Below, in pieces: positions 25,986 to 37,861 of a DNA stretch of 64,000 nucleotides; position 1 is the first letter of the stretch, and each line of letters starts with the position of its first letter. The notes under the pieces are model-generated. The model worked only from the letters and a program-made list of their open reading frames with translations. It ran no database searches and was not told the origin of the DNA. Made by a program: the position numbers and the translations under genes. This stretch comes from Mytilus californianus (lineage: Eukaryota): assembly GCF_021869535.1 (NCBI RefSeq), contig NW_026262581.1, positions 33,976,001 through 34,040,000 on the forward strand, in the 5' to 3' direction.

Positions 25986-26143
25986 CAGAGGCGTAGCAGG
26001 GAAAGTATTTAATATTTGTACGGCAAAATGTCCTTTCTAGAAGGGTTTGTGCCATATCATAAGAATAATTGGTATGGCAATGAGGTGTTTAAAAAATAAT
26101 TGGTATGGCGAAAGTGCCTGCAGTAAAAGTTGCTACGCCCCTG
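25986..26143. mobile_element. Small MITE nested in the CACTA element
   Basis: TIR CAGAGGCGTAGC ... GCTACGCCCCTG; no clear TSD. Confidence 0.55.
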
Positions 26144-27221
26144 GCCCCCTGTAAAATAAATAGCTGTGACTCATTAGGCCACTTAGTCGAGACAAGTTTG
26201 GCTTTAGCCATACATATTATTACTTCAAAAAAACCATTTTAATTTAATAGTCTGTCTTAAAAGTGTCTTTAGTCTTTAAAAAAAATCTAAAATAAATAAT
26301 ATAAGTTAACAATACAGAACTTCGTTAACTAATGATGCCATATTGGATAGGGGGCAGATTTTCTGGAAAATGGTATTAAAATATGGGAAAACCTATGCAT
26401 GTTTCCAAGTGGCTGTTCTGTTTTAATGATGTTTTTTAGTATTTTTCATACCATTTTCACCTCCAGTATGAAAATCTGCCCCCTATTCAATATGGGGTCA
26501 TTAACCGTGAAGTCCTGTATTGCATGGAATAATATTGTAGCTGTTTTAAGTACATGTATGTACATAAATGCCAAAAATTAATTTGAATATATAAATAGTT
26601 TTTTTATATACATGTATAATATATGTAATGTTTCTTTATTTATTCTAGGAATGAAGAGCAAAAGGATATAGCAGTCTTTATATAAAATAGTTCAGGACTC
26701 CAGTTGGAAAGAAGAGCTTTTCAGTTAAAAGTATTTCCTGGGAATAAACAGGAACTTCTATAAAGGTTTTTCTGGGAAAGTTATTCAAAAGGGCAGTGAA
26801 GTGAAGGATTACATTAGACAAATATTGCTGAAGTGGTAAAATCAGACCCAAGAGATGTACAAAATTTCTACAATACATGTTACAGCTGACTTTAGCTACT
26901 TAATCACATTGACATTTGTGTGCTTTTATGTTTTCTTTACATAATTACTACAGTTCTATTAAAATTAATATTTTTATTCTTTGTCACAATTATTACTAAA
27001 AAAAATACAGCATTTTAATATGGTTTTTCATAGTCTCACTTGCATTGTACTTAAATAAGTTGTCTGTAGATGTTTACACTAGGTTTCAGGCATTTCACTT
27101 CACTTGATTGAAACAGCATTTAAATTTTTTGTTAAATTATGGCCTGAAAAATACATTTAACATTAATGATTTTACAGGAGTTTTCACAATCAGTGAATGG
27201 CTGTTTATCACACTAGTTCAT

Positions 27222-27530
27222 GTACATTTCACGGTCTTTTCACAATGGGCACATAATTTATCACGACTTTTTCACGGTGTACATTTTTGTTTTTCACAGG
27301 GTTTCTACGGTCTTTTTACCCAAGTTTTCAGTTGGCACCTTTTCACGGCCTTTTCACGACAAATAAAGGCATATACTGTACTATATCTACATTTCACGGT
27401 CTTTTCACAATGGGCACATAATGCATTATCACGACTTTTTCACGGTGTACATTTTTTTTCACAGGGTTTCTACGGTCTTTTCACCCAAGTTTTCAGGTGG
27501 CACCTCTTCACGGCCTTTTCACAAACTTTT
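27222..27530 (+). repeat. Tandem duplication (~165 bp x2) in the right subterminal region of the CACTA element
   Basis: tacatttcacggtcttttcacaatgggcacataat...cttttcacggccttttcac occurs at about 27222 and 27388. Confidence 0.8.
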
Positions 27531-28039
27531 CACAGCCTTTTCACGACAGTCATTCCACGACATTGTCACGGATAAGTTTCTCGGCCCACCGTAAATTAAC
27601 CGTGACAAACACTGTAAAAATCACCAGCATTTTACGGACATTTTCACGGCCAATCTACGGGGCATTCTTCCAGTAGTGCTAATTGTTTCGTCATCATTAC
27701 AAGAATTCCATTCTTGCTTAACCAATTTTACTCCTAACACTATTTTTGAAATGGAGTGGTCATTGTTATTGGATCTTACGTGATTTCAATGGTTAGGGTT
27801 AGTATTGCTTCACTTCTAATTGCTAACATGTTGAAGTTTTGTCTTCGGGTATTATGTTTGAACGTGAACTTTTAGTATTTAAGAACGTAACAAGACCAAT
27901 ACAGAGTCTGGACCTGCGTTGCTATATGCAATTGATTTAGGTAACATTTTCACTGGAGCATAACGTATCATTCCCTTTTACTGATGCCAAGAAAACTTTG
28001 ATAAAAACAAAAAAGCAATGTAAGCAATGTAAAATTCAA

Positions 28040-28765
28040 ACTATCAGCAAACAGGAAATGGCTATATGGCAGATGTGAAAAGGTCAAAATCAAGGCTAAA
28101 GTGACCTCACTTTGATATTTGATACACTCCCATCTCATGATTCATCACCATACCAAGTTTGATCAACCTTTGTTCTAAGGTACAAAAGTTACAGGACACA
28201 AATCAAACAAGATTGACAAAGTGACCCGCCTTTAGTATAGGAATATGACACATCTAAAGCCCATGATTCATCTGCATATTAATACAAATAAGAAGATGTG
28301 GTATGAGTGCCAATGAGACAACTCTCCATCCAAGTCACAATGTATAAAAAGTTAACAACTATAGGTCGAAGTACGGCCTTCAACACGGAGTCTTGGTTCA
28401 CACCGAACAGCAAGCTATAAAGGGCCCCAAAATGACTAGTGTAAAACATTTCAAACAAGAAAACCAACGATCTAATCTATATAAAAAAACGAGAAACGAG
28501 AAACACCTATGAACCAAACCAACAATCGACAAACACTGAACAACAGGCTCCTGGTTTAGGACAGGTGCATAAAAATGCAGCGGGTTTAAACGTTTTAACA
28601 GGATCAGCTTAAAAGTTCAATGATACAAAAGTTATGGGCCGGACATGAAGCGGGCTGGACATGCAGACAGACGGAGAGACAGACAAACAAACAGACGGAC
28701 ATGGTGATTACTTTATACCGCAAGCTTTGTTTCTTGCGAGTATACCGCAAGCTTTGTGTCTTGCG
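28040..28765 (+). mobile_element. HINE-like element interrupted by a family-A repeat, ending in a duplicated hairpin
   Basis: aaagtgacc...catgattcatc cores before 28280; CAGA/CGGA microsatellite at 28660-28700; TATACCGCAAG...CTTGCGAGTATA twice (about 28713-28772). Confidence 0.55.
28285..28600 (+). repeat. Family A copy nested in a HINE-like element
   Basis: aagaagatgtggtatgagtgccaatgagacaactctcc...ggctcctggtttaggacagg. Confidence 0.75.
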
Positions 28766-29376
28766 AGTATACAATATAATCCACCATTTTCTACATAAGG
28801 AAATTCCTGTACCAAGTCAGGAATATGACAGTAGTTTTCCATTCGTTTGATGTCTTTGAGCTTTTGACTTTGCCATTTGTTAAGGGACTTTCCGATTAGA
28901 ATATTCCTTGGAATTCGGTATTTTTTGTTATTTTACTCTTTTTTTATATCTTGTTGATAAAAAAATGTTATTTGAAAACAAGTTAATTTGCACACAAATC
29001 TTTTTACACACAAGTCTACAGATATTAAATTGACCATCAAACTTGACACTGGACGAGTTCAATTTATTTTCATCAATGAAAAGAAAAGTTCGATTTGCCA
29101 GTTATTATTTTTTCACAATTTTACACTATTAGTATAGCATATTCATCAGAAATGTGAGAAACATTTCAACTGATAGTGCGTTTTAATCTCCAAAACGTAT
29201 TATTTCGAAGACAAACATTAAAATATATTATCCTCGTGTCTACGCAAGGTAGAAAGCTTGTGTGTTCTAACAGAAAATAACGGACGGTAACACTTTTCTG
29301 ACTTGTTATGCTGTAATTATGCAACAATTTTATAAAGTGTTATTTTCCTTTATATTTGTTTTCGTATTTCTAATAC

Positions 29377-29607
29377 CTCGTATATGTTTTGGGATTATTT
29401 CCTCTTGACGTTGGTTAATGTCTTTGATTTTTTCGTTCAGGGTCATTAGTTCATCTTGTATCACTTTGTCAGTTGCATCTCTCTTTTCTATTTCATTCTC
29501 TAGGATGAATTTCAAAACTTTTGCATATTTTGCTAAGACACTCGTCTCTTGACGAATTTCTTTAATCAATTCTAGACCCAGGATAGTGCCTTTTAAAAAC
29601 TTGGTAT
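29377..29607 (-). CDS. Paralogue 2, coding exon 4: helical/coiled-coil-like linker
   Basis: Acceptor tttgcag|AT, donor CGAG|GTATTA; 231 nt; DTKFLKGTILGLELIKEIRQ...EEIIPKHIR. Confidence 0.85.
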
Positions 29608-32159
29608 CTGCAAAGAAACAAAAATGGCAATATCATTTATATTTGAAGCTTAGTTATTCTTTCCGCAATATCAACGGTCTAGCGGACGTCGATTGTCCAT
29701 GTCTATCAGCTTCAAATTTAACATTGAGCAAATGAATGCAATTTGGTAAGTTCGTTAAGCTTAAATGCCCCTAATAAATACAACATTTATTTTTTTCTAT
29801 GCGTTATTCTATTTTATCAAAATCTAGATTACTACTTGAAAAACATTTCAATATCGTATTTTAAGGATGTTCTCCGCAAAAACCAAAAACAGAATACAAC
29901 ATAAATAATGTCTTTATTAATAGAAAAGTGACTTGTATAATTATAAAAAAAAGTATTTTAAAAAATCATGATAGTTCTGAGTGCTTAATTCTAAGCTACA
30001 GTCGACAAAAGATGGATATTTTCGTGGAAAAAGTTGTTTCTAATTTTCACAAGAATTTCTTTTATTTGCAGAAATGAGAGTTAAACTATGTGAAAAATAT
30101 TTTTTGAATAATTTTGACAATGGTTAAGCAGAAGTGTGTATCAGGAATAAGGTGTTAAAAAACACATGAGTTGTCCTGGAAACATTTTTATTAACAGATA
30201 TGGAGAAGAAGATTGAAAACATGAGAGGTGAACACCTTTTAATTCAAAACGATCTAGCCAACTTCGAAATGGGTTTTTACAAAAAGCAACCTCACAAATT
30301 AAATAACATTAGTTTTATTGCACTGTATGTAAATATTGATAGCTAAATAAATATTTGATTGGTTGCAATTTTTCAATGTTTAAGGGACTAAACATCATTG
30401 TCCACTCTGAACATCATATCACGTATACCTTGAGCAACGTAACGAGCGAGTTATTTAAGCATTTAAACGCACATACGCTCCGAAATTAATTCATGAAGAC
30501 GTCAGTTTAAGAGAGGCGAAAGATACCAAAGGGACATTCAAACTCATAAGTCGAAAATAAACTGACAACGTCATGTTGGGTACCCAAATTGCACCTATTT
30601 TGACAGTTTATTTATGATTCAGACGAAAGTTTCCATTCTCGGTTTATTTTGTAGATGTATCCTTATTTACTATATAGTTCCACCAATTTAGTTTGGAATC
30701 ATAGAAAAATGGGTTTGAACTGACCTCCAAACGATCAATTGATGAGGAGTACCCAAATTGCATCCATGCTTAAATTCACATCCTTAAAAATCGTATTACA
30801 GATGTTTTGTTTTATTTCTTCCAATATTTAGAACAATTTGACGTTAGTCCATGCTTACTATTCATTTTTTAAGAAATGGATGATTGCAACATATTTTATT
30901 TGCTCATTTGTAAAACTTTGACTTTAAATGATTTTTTGTGGACGTCGCATGGCGACATTTCTGTAGATTTTACTCTTTCCAGTGAATACTTCATCTGTTG
31001 ATATATACTGTGAAAGTTTTGTGCATATCTATATATAATTAGCTACGTTAAAAGACGTGCATAATGTGAAATCATAAAAATACAAATTGATTAGTCTCTA
31101 AAAAAAAGTAAAAATTTAACTAGAATGAAATGTAAATCCATATATTTCTATTCTGTTCTAACATATTAAATGAACATTTTCAAAATTAGTCGCACTGTTG
31201 TAAAGAATGCACGTAAAATCGGGGAAAATATGTAAGAATTGTCTAAAACTCATCATAACTCCAAATCCAATCTTTAGATTAAAATAGATATATATTTCCT
31301 TTGCTAATTTCTGTTTAATTAATATAAGATTATTAAGGGGTTACCGACTTACGGTTCAAAATATTTAATATTCTATTAATGTGGTTGTACCGAAAAATGA
31401 CAAAACATTTTGTCTTCGGATTTACAGCACTTTCAACATTACACTTATGTTGATGTCTTGGAAGATTTTTTTTCATTATGAAGACCACTTTGAATAATGT
31501 ATACAGACACAAAACAAATTATCATTCAAGTATGATTGTTTAAGTCAACAAATCGGAAATTCTCTTGACAACATTTTTTTGATTTAAAGAAAAATCTATG
31601 AAGTGATAATGGAGAAATGAGAATTTTGGGTGTATTTTTGGATAGTATATTCCAGATTTACGTGCATTCTCTATAACTTTGCAACTATTTCAAGAATTTG
31701 AGTTCACTAATTATATGTCAGAAAGCAAAAGTAATAACATATCTATTATTTCATTAGAGTTTAACATTTTCAAGTTGTATGCAAAATCTTACTCAATTTG
31801 CCCATTAACTATTCCTTTAATTTTGGTATAAAATACATTTTCTCTTTGAATACGTTTTTGGCGAGGGCTGCACTCTTTATCAATTCTCAATATTATTGAG
31901 TCAAACAATCAATAATTTGTGTTTAGTACCAATACGACCGTGCATCGTACTTTCCTCTTTTATAGTATACATCAATCATTAGACATGGTTTTTTTTTCAA
32001 TATTTCTTAAGTATGTTTTACAAATAATCTTTACCACCAATGTGCAAAATTACTGCAAATAGCCCATTAATAACGGTTACAAAGAAATTAGTGCGTACGT
32101 AGAGAAAATGGTGTCTTTTTTGTTATTTCAATTTGTTTGATTAAACTTATTTCATATAC

Positions 32160-32328
32160 CATTGGTTTCCCATTTTGTAATCTCGTCTAAAGTGGACTGT
32201 TTTACAGATGCTTTCAGATCTAGACTGCTAATAAAATTTCCCATCTCTGTAAATGATGTTGCAAATTTTCCTTTATCCCATTCTTGGAAGTTACAGTGCG
32301 CCCACGGATTTCTGATGTTGGATCGAAT
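32160..32328 (-). CDS. Paralogue 2, coding exon 3: HEPN motif exon (IRSNIRNPWAHCNFQEW...KWETNG)
   Basis: Acceptor ctttcag|ATT, donor AATG|GTATAT; 169 nt; RNPWAH at 32296-32313. Not in the ORF track; translated by hand. Confidence 0.85.
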
Positions 32329-33459
32329 CTGAAAGTGTATCCAAAATATAGCATTTAAGTTACTATTTCAGCTAAAAAAGGAAAAAAACATGAATTGGTG
32401 TTAATGTAATAGCATGGTACATGTCAATGAAATATCCAAATACTCATCTTATTAACTTGCATGTTGATGTATTTTAAGAAAATTAAAATCTTAAGTAAGT
32501 AAAAAGTTAAGTTATTGTACACTGACTGCATGGAAAAGGTAACATATGCTGAATGGATACATTTTGCTAGAAAGTTGCATATATAAGTCAATCGTATAGA
32601 TATAACCAATAGTGTATACTGTAAATTCATAAATTATTGCGAGGTTTTTATAATGCGAATAATGCGACTACTTGAGTATGGCAATAATAAGAACAAGCTT
32701 TCTGATATCAAATACATATATCGATGTATCTTTTCCTAAAATCGCAAATATTAAACTCTCATTTTTGTTAATTCTTCAAAAATCGCAATCAATTCTAAAT
32801 TTACAGTTTCCGAAGTTTTTTGTAAATTGACCCATTCACAAAAATAGTAAAGTAACGTGTTAATGACAACACTACCACATTCATGAAGACGACGTCATCG
32901 ACACCGTAAAAGTAAAATATATATCTAGCTTGGTTGGTTTCGTGTTGCTTTGTCATTAATTTTATATGTTGTATTTTGATGACCGTTGTTTGTCTCTTCG
33001 TCGTTTTTTTTTTATTTGGCGTTGTTTGTTTGACTTGGACTTATGAGTTTTGTCTCTCACTCCAACTATTGCAAAGCATGTGCATTATGTTACCAAACAA
33101 CCACCAATCCATGATTCGAAAAAATTAATATAAAGTATTAATATATCAATAGACAATAGTCAATATTAGCTTCAAAAGATTCATTTATTTACCCCCACTT
33201 TTTTAATTAAGAAATAGTTCGTTATTACAACTAACACAAGAATTAAACGTGAACATGAAATAATAAGTCTCGATGATTCAGTGAAAATTTTGCAATTTAG
33301 GACACTAAACTTGGAAGATTTGAAAGGCGCAGGTAATAACAAATCAAGTAATAAACACTAAAATAACAGAAAAAGCAAACTATTATCTACCAGGACACCA
33401 TACATGTGATGATAGTATCAATACTCGTGCATGTATTGTATTGCTAAACATTACAAAAA

Positions 33460-33464
<5 letters not shown>

Positions 33465-33497
<33 letters not shown>
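33465..33497. repeat. (TA)n microsatellite in intron 2 of paralogue 2
   Basis: Uninterrupted TA run. Confidence 0.9.
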
Positions 33498-33616
33498 AAG
33501 TTAACAAAGTATCAATAGAGCGATATCAAAATAAAGATGAATAATACACGTTAAATTATGGTTCAACAGGGAGTATTGCTATACAGTAATAATATTCATA
33601 ATCAATTAATACCTAC

Positions 33617-34032
33617 CATTTCAGCTTTTGAACGCACCGCTACAGGAAACTCGTCGATATTAATAATTATCCCAAGGAGAGCTGATGAATCGCATGAATC
33701 GTCTATACCTTGGTACTTTGCCATGTGTGTTTGAAGAAATAGCTTGGATAAATCCAGAGGATTTTTGACTCGGAAATCATAAAGTTTAGTACTTTTTCCA
33801 AAGATATCATTATTCTTATTTATCGTCTCATAATTTAGATTTGTCCCCGACAAGTATGTTTTTATGTAGGGATAAATTTGTTTGTCAATCTTGTATTTTC
33901 TTGTTAAGCGGTAATAAAGCTTTATAAGAATGGGTAAAATATACTCTCTTAGAACAGGAGATATTACAGTGTGCAAACAAATTCCAACAGTTAGCCATCT
34001 TTTCGAGTAGTCGTCTAAATCCTCCGACGGTC
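33617..34032 (-). CDS. Paralogue 2, coding exon 2: N-terminal part of HEPN-like domain
   Basis: Acceptor ttgtag|GA, donor ATG|GTAGGT; 416 nt; GPSEDLDDYSKRWLTVGICLH...; includes ORF 33602-33976. Confidence 0.85.
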
Positions 34033-35266
34033 CTACAATGTAAAAAGAGTACGCAGAGATGTTTTATCTAACACCTTTATAAAAAAAATTACTATACTTT
34101 AACCTGAAATTGAAACTTAGATATCATCTAGAAAAAGGGCAGAATTAAATATAATATTATTTGGCTTTCTCTTTTAAAATGAAGGGGCAAAATTTCATTT
34201 TAGTATCTTTGTATTACTAAATACGTGTCCAAATAATGTTTAAATGTTTACAAAATGTAACTTGGTATGTCCGTCCGGTCGTCTGTCTGTATGTCTGTTT
34301 GTCCAACAAATATTTTTGTCACACTTTTTTCAGTAACGTAAACACGAATGACTTGTTATTTGATTAGCAGCTTAACAATGACAGTAAATTGTGAAACATC
34401 CATGCATCGCCTTGTCAGCATTGTTTTTTTTTTTTATTCAGCATATACAGTTAATATAAAAAAGAGTAAGCTTAGAACAAGTTACTAAAAATGTTCGTAT
34501 AATTCAGCTTTTCTGAATATGCGACCCTACTACTGTCCACACCATGACATTTGAAGAACACACATTACTATTAAAAAATGTGACTAAAAGGACTTTTTTA
34601 TGCAATTAATATTACAATAAAGAATGTCCGTGTTAAAAAATTGCTTTGCTCGCTAAATTCGTACCCAATATTATACTTCTAATCATTGGCCACAATGAAA
34701 TTAAAAGGATAAGAATTATCTTTTTGGGACTTCGTTATGTTTACGGAGAGCCCTTCACTTCACCTTAATTTTTTCTGCAACATCAAGTAATAACAGATTA
34801 AACTTCAACAAAGATTACCATCCGACATGTTTGTAACCAAACAAAGTGAAGAATTCCGATAAGAAAATTCCTTCATTACCGATTTTTATTTTATATTGGA
34901 CGAAATCCGCATTGATAAAAATAAATGGCAAGGATGGCAACATTTTTATAATTCTTTTGTTGGTCCCTAGCTTATTTCGGCAGATATATTAAACTTCAGT
35001 CCGCTCCTTAAACATATATTCCAACTCAACTTTGTTGAATTTAATAGAACTTTTAAGGCCAAATTTGTGTTTTTGTTACCCTTTATTTTGTATCTACTTC
35101 CTGGTATGATTTTTATTGACACATTATGGCATGTTTAGTTTATGGTTTTGTGTGTGCGGTTTTTTGTCACTTCCTTGCTAGCTTACTGATAGGTTTGGGA
35201 ATTTCACTTGACACAAACAAATAAAAACAGACATGGCATAGTTACATATCAGTAATTTAGATGTAC

Positions 35267-35366
35267 CTGTTATACGAACAACTTTCGTCTCTATGGAAGT
35301 AACTGCATCCTATAAACCTGGTGGGAAGGCTCGCTTTAAGAACGAAGAGTGTATGTCTTCATCCAT
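35267..35366 (-). CDS. HEPN-STAND-ankyrin paralogue 2, coding exon 1, with in-frame TAG at codon 19 (MDEDIHSSFLKRAFPPGL*DAVTSIETKVVRIT-G)
   Basis: Same length (100 nt), Kozak context and phase-1 donor (ACAG|GTACAT) as 14663-14762; TAG at 35310-35312 aligns with GAA in paralogue 1. Confidence 0.65.
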
Positions 35367-35564
35367 GTTATGCCCTTATAATAAGGTATTGTCTATTTCT
35401 GCTATTTTAGGCTTCTTCACCATTTCAGTGCTAAAAATAGATGTTACGAAAAAAACTGTAATGCACTCCATGTAACAAATCTGGGGTAAAAAATGTTTCC
35501 GAAGTACGTGTATAAGTATCCGAAGTTTAAGAATATCAAATTCCCTTTTTACAACACAATTTGT

Positions 35565-35830
35565 CAAAATGAGACTTGTCAGCGGATCTGTAATTACATG
35601 AACAACACGACGGGTGTCAAATATGAAACAGGAACTGCTTACCCTTCCGAAGCATCCGGGTTCACCCCGGTTTATCGAGAGGTTCGTGTTACTCACTTTT
35701 TAGTTTTCTATGTAGTATTTTGTGAATTTATTCATATTTTCGTTGTTTTTGGTTTTTTTGCCATGGCGTTGCCAGCTTTTCTTCGTCCAATGAGTTTTAA
35801 ATGTCCCCCTTGGTACCTTCCACACCTTTA
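35565..35830 (+). mobile_element. Old Penelope-like 3' tail copy in the 5' intron of paralogue 2
   Basis: aaatgagacttgtc...aacacgacgggtg...tgcttacccttccg...ttcgtgtt; further partial copies near 30505-30575 (-), 32925-33060 (+), 59600-59780 (-), 60100-60390 (-). Confidence 0.7.
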
Positions 35831-36552
35831 AAAAATCGTCCAAATGGATAACCTTATCATAGAAGATCGCAAATAGAAAACAAATCAAATCTTAACTCTT
35901 TATTTAGCACGCTTGTGTCGTGTACATAAATACATTTTGAGACGTGTACCATTTCCGTCAAAATTGTGTTCGGATTGGATCGACCGATTTTTTTGTCAAT
36001 ATTGCCCTCATCGTCATCTTTAATCCTTTTACATATTCTGAATCTAAAGTTTCAGAACATTTCGGAATATTCTATCGTAGTATTTGGATTTTACTTCCCT
36101 TATATTAACCCATGGCATCATAAGTTGTGCTCATTTTTTAGTTACTCCTAATTGTGGTTTGCAGACTGTTGTTTGTCTGGTCATCTTTTTAATCATTCGG
36201 CCATGGTGATGCCTGTTTGTCTTCGACTTATTGCTTGTAATGGCCCCTTAAAACCTTCTTTTTTATTGAAGGTAAATAAATAATCCCTAAAATTATTCAG
36301 TATTGTTCAACTATTCCGTGACCTCGGTAAAATTGCACCCCATTTACAATATTTCTACTAAGCAATAGAGTAAGCAAATCAAGTCTAATAAGTTAAATTT
36401 GTATTGAAATAGAAAGTAAAAGTAAAAGTAAACAGTTAAAGGATAGTCTGAAATTGAAAATTATAATCGTATTTATATATACAAGAGGTCGGGTTTAAAA
36501 AGTTTGTATCGTCAACCAAAACTCACTTTATCAATCAAGCTATCACTATGAA

Positions 36553-36725
36553 AATAGGAGATGTGGTATGATTGCCAATAAGACAACTATCCACCAAAGT
36601 TCAAATGAAGTGGCCATCAACAATGAGATAAACCCATACCATATAGTCGGCTATAAAAGGCCCCGACATGAAAAATATGAAACAATTCAATTGAGAAAAC
36701 TAACGGCCTAATTTATAACAAAACA
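36553..36725 (+). repeat. Family A, 5' part
   Basis: ggagatgtggtatgattgccaataagacaact...aactaacggcctaattt. Confidence 0.75.
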
Positions 36726-36816
36726 ATATCACTATTCATTTGAATGGATTTTTTTTTAGTTTGTCATCTGAGTGTTCTGATAGAGGAGAGAGGTTGGATG
36801 TTAAAATTGTACTTAC

Positions 36817-37010
36817 GTGGCAGGTGTTCACGGAATACGACTATAACCACCTTTTTCTAACAAAATCTGTAAATCAATATGAATTTGCCCTTGGTAGTCC
36901 TCTTCAGAATTTCGGAATATGGGTCTACTCTAAATAAAAACACTAACCAGTCTTCTTTATTTTGTTATTGTGTTGACATGGTAGCATTTAAACTTCCACT
37001 TTGAACGAAA
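36817..37010 (-). other. Probable non-coding 5' exon of paralogue 2 (5' boundary uncertain)
   Basis: Donor AC|GTAAGT at 36815-36816; homologous to 15408-15600; all three frames contain stops. Confidence 0.45.
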
Positions 37011-37861
37011 ATGTTTAATATGCAAAGGTAATGCAGTTTAAAAACGGGTTAATGAAAATCGATCGAGCATAGAATATTTATACTTTATTTTCATATAGAA
37101 TACATTTGTATATGTAGAATATATGCTCATAATAAAGACCGTATGGCGACAATAAATTGTGTGTTTGCATCTTTGTTATTTGGACTTGTTAGACCAATGC
37201 ATGCATATATACTAAACTAAGTCCTGTATGCATGATTTCAACATTTATTACGAATCTATAACGTATTATCGACAAGTAATATTTCATTCAGTGATTGTTG
37301 ATCGCAAGCAAATTAACTTTTGCATTTGTTGCCAAAGTTTACTGGATCGTGCCATTGATAAACAATCAACACAGAGCAAGTGAAGCACTGAAAACTAAGT
37401 GAATTGATAGAGCCATGATATATTTTCCATGCGTTTCCTTTTGTTGATTACATTTTTCTTTTACAGTTGTTAAATGATTTTTGGTATTTAATTTGTTCTT
37501 TAAGAATCAGTTATTACTAAATACTTTCCAGTGCACGTTTTATTTACATTCTTTCATCACGGCTTTGCCCACGCAGTTGCGATGTGCGGTGGCCGAAGTT
37601 CTAACGAGAGGTCTCGTAGTAACGGTCAATGCATACGGAAAAATATCGGCGAATTAGAGTACGAGAAGACAATAATTCAATAGCAGTTTATCTGTGAAGA
37701 TTTTGATAATATAAAGGATTTTCTTTTGCCAAAAAGTTCACGTACACTTGCTATATAGTAAAACTTAGCCATTAAAGTATATAAAACATAGTCAACTTTT
37801 TTTTAAATTAGAAGTTTCATATGACTTTAATGTAATAAAAATTTAGCTAATATTTGTTGTA

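Larger units (their letters stand above)
24770..27678. mobile_element. Non-autonomous CACTA (En/Spm-type) DNA transposon, 2909 bp, in intron 4 of paralogue 2
   Basis: Termini CACTACTG (24770) and CAGTAGTG (27671-27678) with ~50 bp imperfect TIR; many subterminal CCGTGAAA / TTTCACGG motifs at both ends; flanks ATA / CTA (3-bp TSD with one mismatch); no transposase ORF. Confidence 0.8.

Noticed and set aside
27108-27575. 155-aa Phe/His-rich ORF
   Set aside because: Translation of the CACTA subterminal TTTCACGG repeats and their duplication.
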